64,000 nucleotides of DNA from Lingula anatina. Its lineage: Eukaryota > Animalia > Brachiopoda. Position 1 is the stretch's first letter. The number at the start of each line of letters is the position of its first letter. The stretch lies in contig CM120642.1 of the NCBI GenBank assembly GCA_051362555.1, positions 31,868,001-31,932,000 on the forward strand, written 5' to 3'. The notes under the pieces were generated by a model that made no database searches, was not told the origin of the DNA, and saw only the letters and a program-made list of their open reading frames with translations. The position numbers and the translations under genes were made by a program. This document shows, in pieces, positions 37,263 to 49,685 of the stretch.

Positions 37263-40200
37263 AGGCTGCTGCTGCTAACAAGAGGCTGAAGGAGGTTCTG
37301 GAGAAGAGGAAGGCTGTGGCAGCAGAGAGGAGCAAGTGCCCTGAAAATGAGAGGAACAGATACCAGCTGCAGGTCAAGGTGGGAGTTTAGGACACTCGTG
37401 CATAGATACACGCTTGCTCACACACACACATGCACACAAGCATGCAGGCCTGACACACACATTTCCTGTCTTTAAAACATCCCAAACATCAAGTCAAATT
37501 ACAGTGACTTGATTAAATGAATGCAGATGAATTGATCTACAAACTGAGCTGCCAGGGATGTTTTTTCACTCTCAGTAGCATTACACATTACAGTTGTTGA
37601 TTTTTTTTGCTCTCCAGAGTTTGCTCAACCAGGACCTGGAGATAGCGGTCAGTTTGAAGGAGGCCCAGCACCACCTCCAGAGTCTGATGAACGACAGGAA
37701 GGAACTGACCAAGCAGTTGTCTGATCTCAAGGACAAGCTGCTGAATGGACCTCCCAAAAAGGTGAGGATCTTTGTCAACCTTTTCTCTTTATCTTTTAAA
37801 TGGTGTTTTGTAAATATTGTTATTTCTAGTTTCTTAGCTCTATGTTCTACTGTTTGTCTCATATTTATAATATGTTGTAACTTATTCTTTATTTATTTTT
37901 ACAGATATTTTTTATTTATTAATTTATTATTAATTTCTGAACTCTACTCTTGGCTACTTTCCATACATTTATATAACTCTGGTAAAAAGTATTTGATCTA
38001 GTATCCAGAAAAGACCATGACAATTTATTTCAATGATAACTCTTTCCCACTATTTGGTTTATTATAATATTTTTTCTTCTTCTCATTATTATTTAGAAAT
38101 ATGCTTGGGGTGGAGCCGGTGACATGAAGGAATCATCTGATGAAGACGAGGAGGAAATCAAGAAACAAATCCGCACCCTGGAGCAAGATCTGGAGTTGAG
38201 AAATGCTCAAATTGCAGACCTACAGCAGAAGATTGTGGACGCTGAAGACGGTTTCCGCTCCAAAAATCTGGAAAGCATTGTATCACTAGGACAAGCCAAG
38301 ACAGGCATGAATTATCTGCTGGACCAGGTGAGACTGAAGCATTCTTTAATACTACATGACATTGGCAAATAAAACGTGACTTCCAGGCTGATGTTAGCAC
38401 CATGTGACTTTAATCAACCTGTGACCTATGCTTTTCCAAAGTCTGTGAATGCCAGTGCACCTGAAATGCAGCAGTATATGAGCTAATCATCTATATACAC
38501 TGGACTCAAAAAGTAAGGAAACGTGAAATTGTTTGTCAGTAATGGAAAAACTATGTATTGGTGGATACATTATCCATCAGTAGTGGTGTAAACTATTTAC
38601 TTTAGCTCATATGGTTATTTGATCATTATTCAAAAATTCAAAATATCGATGTTTCTGAACTTTTTTGGTCGTGTGGTACAGTTTCTTTTAATGGTGTCTC
38701 GACCAGAAGATACATTGGTATCGTTCATGTTCTTTTCTTTCTCTCTCTCTCTCTCTGCGCTTATATAATATGTGCACTGTCCATTGTCGTCATCATGCTC
38801 TTAAGTGGTTAAAACACCAGTTAGACTAAGTTTAACAAACCTTTTCCTATTTTTAAGGCTGTGATTGCCAAGTGTGCCCAGAGCAGAGTGGCCTGTGAAC
38901 TGAGGCACCAGAGGAACACTGTGGAAGACCTGACTAAACAGACAGAAAAGATGGAGGAAGAACTGAAGAGTGTCAGACATATCCACCAGGAGGAGCTGCT
39001 GGCTCAACAGAGACAGTACGAAGACAGGGTAAGTATCCTGCAGATGATGTTTTAGACTGAATCTAAAACCAAGTTTGAAAGATTTAAATGAGTATGAGAT
39101 AAAATCTTTTTGCTATTAACTATAAAGAAATAAGTAATAATATACTTTCAGGATATAAAGAAATTGAGTTCCTGTCAAAAAGATATAAATGTAATTCAAA
39201 CACAGCAGACAGGATTAAAATATGTGATTTTATAACCGCCATTTTTTCCAGATACTTTACCTGCTGCGCCAGTTGAAAACTAAAAAAGAGGATGAGCCTC
39301 TTCTTAACAGCACTCTAGATGAGCAAACTAAGGAACGCCTTAAGTTCCAGGTAATATATTTATCACTTAGTACGAGGCATTGTCAGAAGTTTGTCACCAA
39401 AATTTTCTTCTCGTCACCTCAGACATGATCAGTTAGTAAAATGGATGACTGGCGGTTGACATATTCTATTTCATGATAGTGTTAAGCTTGAACTTTTGAT
39501 CCCAGGAGCTGACGTAATGATAATAATTTCATTGGAGATTTTGCATTAATTTTGTGCCTTAAAGAAAGTCTCGCCCTGAATTTGGTGCTGGTTGTTTTCA
39601 GGAGCAAGAAATAGAGCGACTCAGTGGCCTACACGAGGAGTTGCAGAAGAAAATGGAGGAATGTGAGGTGTTGAAGAAGGTACGAAAACGCTGAGTCTAC
39701 AGCTCTTGTGGCATACAGCATGGTTGTGGTTAAAGTTATTATTCATTTAGATGCATATAAATATTATTATTTTTTATTAAATTTTTAATCTGGAAGAAAC
39801 TGTATTTTCTAACTTTGGCCTGATTTGTTCTCGCTAGGAACTCACCCTAGCCAAGTATCAAGGTCGCAAGATGTCTTTGATGCCCACAATTACAAGAGCA
39901 GACGGCTCTCCGTACTTCACTCCTCCCAATCCCCTGCTACGGGTAAGTCATGAACATGGTTACATTTTGTTAATTTGTGCATTCAATTTTTCAGTTTTAC
40001 TTGCAGGATTTAAGCATTTGAATTTTTTGATCACATTGTAAAACTATCTTTGTGCAAACCTGATATAGTCCTGTTTAAGACTTTTTTTTTTTTTTTGTCC
40101 AAACTAAAATATAAAAGTCAAACATAAATCACTCTTCATTCACATTTCTTCGGTGAAACTTCATTTACTAATTTATTTTAAATATTCTAATTATCATATA

Positions 40201-41760
40201 ATAAAAATTTGAATGATATTTTCATCTCATAATTTTACAGAAGAAGAAGCCTAAGTCTCAGCGCACAGAGGCAGAATTGATGCTGGACTTTGACGACTTC
40301 TCAGACACGGATTCTGACGACTTCATAGCTGATGACAAAAATGACAAAGACTGGACAAAAACACCCCTTTACAAAACAAAAAATCAGAGGAGGAAGACTT
40401 ACAGTGAAATTTCAAAGGACAGTGACAAGGTATCCCTTTATTAATACAATAAAGATTAATTTCTTGAAGTCTATGTACATTTTGTTAATAGTCAGAATTA
40501 TCTGTTGGGGTTGTTTGAAGTAGTATAACCAGGTTGCCTCCAAAGAGGTGAACAACTGCCAGTTTGACCACCAAATACAACCTCACAATATTAAACCATT
40601 TCTTACCCTTTGGTGAGACATTGACGCCAACCCTGTATATATACAATAACTCCTGTGGCTGTCATCTCATGGGGCTGCTTAAGTCTTTTGGGGTGTAGAG
40701 TATAGTATTTATGTTTTGAACAAATTGTGTTGGTGTGCTGAAGAGTGTTATCACTTAGTAACAGACGGTAACAGTCACTGGAGATTGAAAAATTATTTAA
40801 AATTTTTTTTTCTCTTTTATTTATGTTAATCGTGGGGCTATTGGTTCTTTTCATGGACTAATTTAATGCCATCTTTTATTCCCAGTCATCCAGTGGTCCC
40901 GGAGGAGGGAAGTTTTGTTCCTGTAAAGGCAACTGTCAAACCAAGCGGTGCTGTTGCAGGAAGAGCCTGGGTCTCTGCGTGGACAGCTGTGGCTGTAACC
41001 CCGACACCTGTGTGAACAGAGAGGGCAACTCTGAAAATGTAAGTACCCCAGATGTGCACTTACTAAAGTGAACCAGAGGGCTGAAAACCTGTTGCTGTTG
41101 CTTATTGTGAAAAATTACTGGTCTGTTGTAAAATTTTATTATTTTTTAATGTAATTTTTTTGTCTCTCAAGATTTATTTGTCACTGATACTTGTAAATTG
41201 TGCCAGTTTTCAGCTGGTTATGGTTTTTGGAGATGTAGTGGACAATATATTGGGGGGTATGAGGAGGAATGAAAATGAAGTCATACAGCAGATGATTATA
41301 CTTTTATTTGTGTTTTTTCGTGTAAATATAGCTCTTTCAGTTCTTGTTGGTAATGACAAATTTAAAATCCGAGATTTGTGATATGTTATAGGTGAGCCAG
41401 ACATCCAGTGGAGGCCTCAACACCACATTCAACGTAGGGTTGGACCAATCTGGCCCAGGGAGTGCCGACTCCACATTTAACGCCAACACCAGTGTGGGCA
41501 GGGCTACGCGTAAAGCCCTGGCAGCGATGAATGCCTCACAAGAGGAAAAACCTAGAAGAACACGTAAGAGCAGGGAAAGCACCAAAAGACCATCTGCCAG
41601 TAGTTTGTACAAGCTGGAGTCCGAAAACAGTGAAGGAAAAGCAGAAGATGAAGACAGCGATCCTATAACTGATTTAGGTCAAGGGGGCCTGAAGAAAAAG
41701 AGGAGGTTGCTGAAGCAAGAAAACAGCAGCTTTTTCCCTAGCATTACTGATGAGGCATAA
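29640..41760 (+). CDS. KIF4: Chromokinesin KIF4 (kinesin-4), more than 20 exons
   Basis: [13 protein letters not shown]-loop [56 protein letters not shown], long coiled coil, Cys-rich tail [27 protein letters not shown] (about 40915-41015). Confidence 0.97.
31926..32113. mobile_element. Palindromic MITE in a KIF4 intron
   Basis: CTGGGTCTCAGTTTCACAAAAA..TAAGTC.GTTCCCTGGCT / AGCCTGGGAAC.TGACTTA..TTTTTGTGAAACTGGTGCTAG. Confidence 0.6.
37185..37261. repeat. (TTA)n microsatellite abutting a KIF4 splice acceptor
   Basis: About 25 perfect units ending in ...TTACAG. Confidence 0.95.
38498..38674. mobile_element. Possible degenerate Tc1/mariner-like MITE
   Basis: TA|CACTGGACTCAAAAAGTAAGGAAAC and imperfect inverse GTTTCTGAACTTTTTTGGTCGTGTG. 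Confidence 0.35.
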
Positions 41761-41796
41761 GATGCTGGGCTTGCCAGCTACATTCCATATATTTTA

Positions 41797-41843
<47 letters not shown>

Positions 41844-43029
41844 GGTAATATTTACCTATTTGTTATTGATAAATGATATATGAATGTAAATGTGAAGTAG
41901 ATTTAAATTGTGGAGTAATTTTTCATATCATCTGTGTAGGCCAAATGTTATTGTTACAGATTTCACTAGTCATCGACTAGATTGCCATGAGGAGAAGAAT
42001 GTCAAAAGGAAAGAAAGGCAAAAAGCTTATTTTCATTCTTCAGTGACTGAAGTTTGGTTAATCTTATTGATGATCTAAATTGTCATAATATTACTGTTTG
42101 GCTTTGTTAAAAAAAGAAAGCATGAAGCCATGTTAATTTTAGTATCTTAGTAATGAATGCATGTTCCGTGTATGAATTGCATACACCAACATTTTATGAC
42201 AGTCTTTGATGAAAACTACTGCCAACATTATATGCACTTGCTTCCCATTTCTAATTTATGAATTTAACTGTCATATGTGAGAAAAAAAAGAGTTGTGACA
42301 TTCATCATTGTCCTATAGCTTAGTCTTAAGCTAGACTCGTCCATACAGTTAAACTGAGCCTGATTTAACTGCATAGTAAGAGACTTAGTGTAAATGATTA
42401 ATATACTAGAATTTCTGTACTTTAAGATGCAATGTGCTGCCAAGTTCACTTTTCATTGTGAAGTTCAATTGTTACAGGGAGTAAGTGACCATGAATGTGA
42501 AATACTGTTCTCTGATTGTCAATTTAAGCTGCAACTCGTTACTGCACTCTCTTAATATTTTATTGGCAACACATTGAAAGGTGAATTAGTAGTTTTAGGC
42601 ATTTTTAAAAAATTAAATACAGTGAATGAAAGTGACATGTGAGAAGATAAGGTGTGTTTGTTTGCATATCAGGGATATGATATTTGCACCTGTAAATAAA
42701 CTGCATAGTATGGCCTATTATCAAGGCAAGATATCTTTCCGTCTTCTTGATGTTTATTAATTGAAGCTTTTTATGTTTGCAAATCCCAGATTGGTAAGGT
42801 TTAGAGCAAAATAAAAAAGAGGACAAATGTATATATGAATGATTTTAATTTTTAAAGTGCTTGGCACTCGAATCTGATGTGTAAATTTAAAACGAAAAAA
42901 AAAAATTTCCATTTTTCTCTCAGTTTCTCACTCTGGACGTAAGAAATATGAGGAAAGACTTGAGAACAGCATTTAATAAATGTAAACAATTCAAGTGGAT
43001 CCTATTAAGCTTGGCAATAAACATCATTA

Positions 43030-46000
43030 CTATAAAATGTGTAAGCCTTCCAGCCTGCATGTTAAATTAACCACATATGCTGCTGCATTGCTTTTTAAAT
43101 CTACACTGTCTTGTAACTTCTTCAGAGCACCTGTCACTGTTTCTGGCAAAATTTCTGAATCTTGGGTCCCTTCTACTGCTGACTGTCTTGAATTGGACAA
43201 ACAGAATACAATTTCGTTGACTTCATCTGGGATTTTTACATTGAGTACAGTCTTGAAAACACTTTTTAAGTTTTGCACAACGCTCTCTCGCAATGACTTG
43301 TCTCTGCACACCAGGTTGAGGATAAAAACACCTGGAAAAAATAAATGAAATTTACAAAATATCAAATTTTATAAAATGTGTATTTCAACAATTTGTGGGT
43401 TTGAGATAGGAGGAAATCAAACTGACTGGTGATGAAATCAGTTAATCAAGAAATGGAAAATAAATCCATCACAAATTGAGTGAACTTATTTATCTTACAA
43501 ATTGTTCCTTCTAGGACCTCACCCTGACCAAGTATCATTATTTTAAGTAAGTAATAAAATATTGTGGTTAACTTGGAATTTTTGCTTCTCACATTACAAA
43601 ACTTCTCCAACATAGTGCACTGATTTCTTTTTACAAAATTTCAATCACCCAACTTTGGTCAGATATCATAAACCATATTCAAAATACCTTCGCTGTGCAG
43701 CGTTTTCTCTACATCTTTCAGAAATTCAGCTTCCACAAAACCTTTGGGAGGAGAACTCATTCCTACACTGCTGTCTTTACTGTCAATATCAAATATTATC
43801 ACATCTTTTGTTTCACCTAATTAAATAAGAAAAAGGAATTAATTTTTCAAGTTTTTAGAAAACAGAACTCACACTAAGGCAAATTTTTTCACAAAAAAAG
43901 CATCAACATCTTGCATGCTCAATTTATAGGAATTGTATTGGCATAATAGACTTTAACAAAATTGCTGAAAGGATCATTTTCTATTAGATCCATAAACTGA
44001 AAACCTTTACTAGTTAAATAACAGATACGTTGAGCTTCTCTGCTAACTTGCTGTTTTGGTGCAGAAATTTTACTAGTAAAATTTATCGACAATTAAACAA
44101 CTGTTACGCTTAGAATTAGCCATTTAATATACACAACAGACATGTCTCTGATGAGTTGATACACCAAAATATATAGACTGGTTCAACTGTAGTTATTATT
44201 TAATTCTATCCAACACTTACCTGCTGCAGCCAGTTCTTTGACATAATCTTGACCATCTTTCACAAACACGTGAACCCTCTCCTCTGTCACGCTGCCAAAC
44301 CCAAACCATTCCTTGGCAATACTGACCACAGTGTCATCTATCTCTACAATATCTAGGCTGACCTATGTGATATAAAGAAGAAGTTATTTTCATTTAGAGC
44401 TCCATCTTTTAAAATTTATTCATAATTTCCAAATAGAAAATTTCTGATAAACAATAGACATTCTGTATAATAAGGGTGTAATTGAGCATTTTTCTAAAAA
44501 CTGTTTATTCCTAGACCACAGTGGACTATTTACCATGTAATATCTATTTAATTTAGTAAGCTTTATATTAAACCATGGAAGTGTAAATTGTATTTCATCT
44601 CACCTTAGGAAAATGATCATGAATAAACAAAGGCAGTCCACCCCCACCTAGACCAATTATTGCCATTTGTAAACCTGAATCTGAAATGCAATATAGGTAA
44701 CAAACATATACAATATAAATGCTGTTATAATAATGCAATAAAAAGTGGAATTACTTTTTTTGTTAATCTGGCCTTGTCTTCCATGTACATTTAGTAATAA
44801 GCTTTGCATCTGAATACTATTTTTATTCTCAGTATGTGGCATCTACTGGAATACTTTAATTCTGAGGACTCTTTTGGGCATTTTTGGATCTTTCAAAAAA
44901 TGGCCAGCATTTTCTTGAAAGACAGATGTCTTATTTTCAGAAAAGATGGACAGGATTACATCTTACAACTGAAATTAAGGTCACTACATTTCAACCTCAT
45001 TGCAAGGGCTTCTTCAGGTGAACTGAATTTGGGCTGTCATCTTTGTGTAGTTGAAACTGGGGACACTCCAACATCATTATGTTGATTTAAAATAAATGGA
45101 TGAATGAAGTCTTGCATTTAATTACCTAAAGACTTCTCAAAGTCTCCTAACAGAGCCATCCCAGCAGTAATTGTACTGTGGTGCTGGCATGATAAGAAGC
45201 TACTGTCAACCACCAATCGTTTTACATTCTTCTTCTTCCCACTCTTTTTCTTCGACGTTTCCTGCTTCAACCTGGCTTCTGACTGAACAAGACTGGGGTT
45301 GCTGAGAAATACCAATCTCCTTACGAGTTCTTTGTTATCTGACTCTACATCTTCTATGACATAATCACCACTTGTGTTACTCTTCCCTCTGTGTTTGATG
45401 GTACGATGCCCTATGCCATCCCCCAGGGACAGAAACGGTACCTAAAATGGAATTAAATAAGGGTATTGTATATTTATTTAAAGATTATTATTTTTATTAT
45501 TATTTTGGCTGATCTGCAATTATGACATGATTTTGATCAATATATTTGAAAAACAATTTGTTAAAATTATATCAATACAATCAGTCTAAACTGTTCCAGA
45601 AGACTCTCTACCCCCAAATTCAGTACAATTAAAATACTAGAGAGTGCAACATGGACATATATAAATTTACAGGTAAATAATGGTTAACAACAGGTGAACA
45701 TATAGTCAAACATGGGGGTGTGAAAGTGCGTGCATTCATGCCATGCGTGTTGGCAAGAATTCTTTTGGCAAACATCGACATGTATTACCTGTGTCTTATT
45801 TTTCAGCTCAGCAGGGGCCAGCTCCATGACTTTACCCGATAACTCAGCTTTGATGTTCTCCATGTCAATATATGAGTGATCTCGATGTAGCAGGACAACA
45901 ACCAGCCGTTGGAATCCTGCGCTTTCAGAGAGCTGTTTTCTTCCTTCATTAGTAGAGAATAGCCATTCTGTCTCCCTGAATGTGAAGCATGTTTCAGAAA

Positions 46001-48151
46001 ATTACTCAGTATCTGGAGAATACTGTACGATAATGTCTTTAACATGTCGTGTTCAGAAATGGTGGTCTGACAGAAGGCCATAACATCACAGTCAGGACAG
46101 CATCTAGTTAAATGGCACTGGCCAAATATTTTTGATTTTCTTATAAGAATATGAACATCTGACCAAGGCCAGCATTAAGATTAAAAACATACTCTGCAAT
46201 CTTTATAAAATATAATTAATTAAAGAGTTATCACTAAAATATAATCGATTTGATTCAATTATGTCATGCATAAACCTACCTTGAACATTTTATCGAAATC
46301 TATTCTTAACTTTCGGAGTTAATCTTTAAACTTTCAACCAAACAAAGGCCAAGACTTGTCGAACTAATCACATAAAGTCAATCCAGAACATGCTGTACGC
46401 AGTGAACTCACCTTCCTTCAGGAGCAATAAAAATAGCAAACACATTGTCCCTGCCATTCCTGTCACTGTCCACAACATGGAGGGTATACCTGGGAGAGGT
46501 GCTGGACGTGGGACCATACAGGTGAAGGACTATCTGGTCATCAGGGTGACTTCTGGAAGACAAATAGATACACTCTTCAAGTTGATGACATTTAAGCAAA
46601 AAAAAAAAAATAATAATTATTGAGATTAAATAGTAACAGGATTTTAGTAAAATTTTTCTGTCATAAAAAAAGAGAAAAGAAGACCAAATGTTTTATTTAA
46701 TCTGAACACTTTTAATTAACATTTTTGTTAATCTTATTTTATTTTGTGAATTTAAATATTTATAATATTTCAAACTCCAACTATATTAGTTTCAAATATG
46801 CATTATTACCTTCGTTGTTGTTGTTGTTATTGTTATTATTATTATTATATACTGTATTTGTAGCTGTTAAGTATAACCTTTTGTTAATCTGCTGCCTGAC
46901 CATAGCATAGTGCTGCATCTCCTTGACCGCTGTGGTCATCTCGTCTGTACTCTCCAGTCTGGACACCTGGTCTTCTAACTGACATACCTCTAAGATCTAC
47001 AATATACTACTTCAATTTTAATTGTTGTATGAATCATATAAATAACAATTACAGTTACGTATGACTTATTTACAAAATCTAATCCGATGAAAATTCAAAA
47101 TCATGAATAAGCTGTTTTGATGATTTTAGTATTTCTCTTTTTTGTAATAAATCTCAAAATGACAGTAATCAACTACAATCAGCTTCAATGCACAGGACAA
47201 ATCTTTTTCAATACCCTTAGAGAAAGAATGCATCATTATTGATATAGAACACACAAAAATACGCACAACTTAATTACAAGAACATGAACACCAACAAACA
47301 CAATCACCTGTTTCATGTTTGGCATTTTCTTAAATTTAGTGCAGACATATAGAAATACTGGCATTTGGAACTCCCTGTGGCCCTCTGTGTCCTTGGGCTG
47401 GACACTGACACGGTGGATACGTAGTGGCCACCCTCTGCAAATACACAGAGTCTATTTATATGAATCAATCATATCGACCGCAATCCACTGTCAATATCAT
47501 ATCAGATTTCAAGATCTTTTGTAGCTTGTTGATATACTGGTGTATAATCATTCAATTACTGCATATGTTGTCTTGAAAAGTTGAAAAGACTAAAAATTTA
47601 ATTTCAGTTTTTTTGACAAATGTTTTTGGGTTTTATTCATTCAAAATTGCCAGGATGCACAAAATAACAGGGCCATTATCAACTTTCTTTATGCCCTACA
47701 CAAGGCAGTAAATTTCAGTGGATAAAAAGGACATACTGAGTACTTACTCGTGGGGAAAGAAGTTCACCACTTTTTTCAGGATGTGGTCTTGTGCCAGTGA
47801 CACACAAATGTATCTCCCTCCAAGCCGTAAGACTCTGCAGAGTTCTCTAAACATCTTATCAACATCTTCGCTCACTTTTTCAGTGTCATCAGTCATTATG
47901 GCATCAAGAGTACCCTTGTCCAATATAACTGAGAAGGTGTTATCTTCAAATTCCATCTGAAATTTTAAACAATACAAATATGGTTAAAATCATTAAATAT
48001 TACAGATTTAAAGGAAATGTCAAAATGTACTTCACTCTTATTGTGATAATCTGGTGTGGGCTAACACTTCAAATCTAGAAAAAATTTTTTTCCCAAAAAG
48101 TCTAGGTAATGTCTTGTTTCTTTCAAAGTACAGTACAATACTGCAAGTCAA

Positions 48152-48186
<35 letters not shown>

Positions 48187-48772
48187 GCTGGAGTGATGGC
48201 CTCTCTTATACCTTCATCAGATCCATTTGCAGAAACTTCATATCAGGTCTCTGCTCAGCATTCTTGGCTGCCATCTGTTTGATGACAACCTCACTGATGT
48301 CAATGTTGGTAATGTTCTGGTAACCTACATCATACATATCAGCACTCAGCTGAGAGTTACCACAGCCTATCACTAGGATGTTGTCACTTGGCTTGATGTA
48401 TTTGTGTAACACGCCACACAGATCTGGATATTCTCCATACCTAAAGTGAATACACAGAATTATATGGAATATCTTTAGTTATACAGTATATGGTGTTTAC
48501 TTCTCAATGTGTGTCACCCAAATACTGGTAACTGGTGCGAAAAATCAGTTTGTTAACAAAATCTTATACCGATGTTCTAATAATACAGCATGCGAAAGTA
48601 ATCATAGAGAAAAAAATTAAACATTAGTTATAGTAATTATCTTTTGATAAGAGAGAGAGAGAGAGAGAGAGAGCTAGTACCATTCAAATGCTTCTGATCC
48701 CCTCTTCTTAAAGAACTTATCCCAGTAATCTACAGAGCTGAAGTCTGCATGGGACTTCGGCAGGAGATTCAT
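43030..48772 (-). CDS. METTL13: eEF1A lysine and N-terminal methyltransferase (dual MTase)
   Basis: [31 protein letters not shown]|[86 protein letters not shown]. Confidence 0.96.
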
Positions 48773-49100
48773 TTCTGATCCAGTGCCAAAGTTTGACCTT
48801 AAAACATTAGGCGTAAAAAAGCCTGCGATTCCAGATACAGCCACTGAGACTCCACTAGTGCTTCTCTATCGTTGGTTATTGGTTATGTCTAAAAGTTGGA
48901 TCGCCTGAAAACACAACGTATGTACCACGTGCGTCATATTTTCGTAATTACTTTCAAAGTTTGTTTAAACAATTATATTATTGTAAACATCATTGATGTG
49001 GTAAATTTTATGCATCTGTTCCCAAAAGTAATACCCATACAGAGTTTTGATCGATTGCCTTTGCCTTATTCATCCGGGAACTTTCAATATGGGTGCGCAC
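48773..49100. promoter_or_regulatory. Putative bidirectional promoter METTL13/ZZZ3
   Basis: CpG-enriched gap between divergent genes, with ATTGG (about 48878) and E-box CACGTG (about 48926). Confidence 0.4.
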
Positions 49101-49685
49101 AGTTGACGGGCATTGGGAAGTTGAGCGTCAAACTTATTATCGTTTGCAAAACTTGTGTTTTGATTTCTGAAAATGCAGTCCTTTAGGAAACAAAAGATAT
49201 AGATAAAAGTATTTACCCGTCCTTCTTATAAGAATTTTTGATTGGATAATTATCAAGGATTTATTGATTGCAAACGAGCTTAACATTAAGTACAGTCTGC
49301 AGTTGCCTGTATCAGTTGTATATCTTCTATCAGATATATCTAGTGAGAGAGAGTACTTGTTTTTGCTACTAACGATGCATGTTTGTTTTGTGTCCAACCT
49401 TAAATTTGCTGTTTAAATAAGCAATTCTGCTTTCCAAATATGAAAAGACGTTTTTCTATTTTATCTTCTGTATAAAATTATGATAAAGTTGAATAAAATA
49501 ACTTTCAAGGACTCATTTAAATGTTGAAAAATTGGCTTAACGAGATTAATTAGTTAGACATTTTCCCCTTATAAAGAACAGTGTTGAATAGACAGCCAAA
49601 TTGTCATTTAAGTGATATATATTGTTATAATTATTTTTTCAAATTACTTAATTGACAGGTGCACGTACATGTAAAACTGACCAGC

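Noticed and set aside
37153-37377. Poly-Asn, poly-Met, VCVC and ERER ORFs here and elsewhere
   Set aside because: Translations of microsatellites or antisense shadows of real exons.
40430-40438. Possible U12-type donor GTATCCCTT in KIF4
   Set aside because: Deviates from RTATCCTTT, and no TCCTTAAC-like branch site before the acceptor near 40884.
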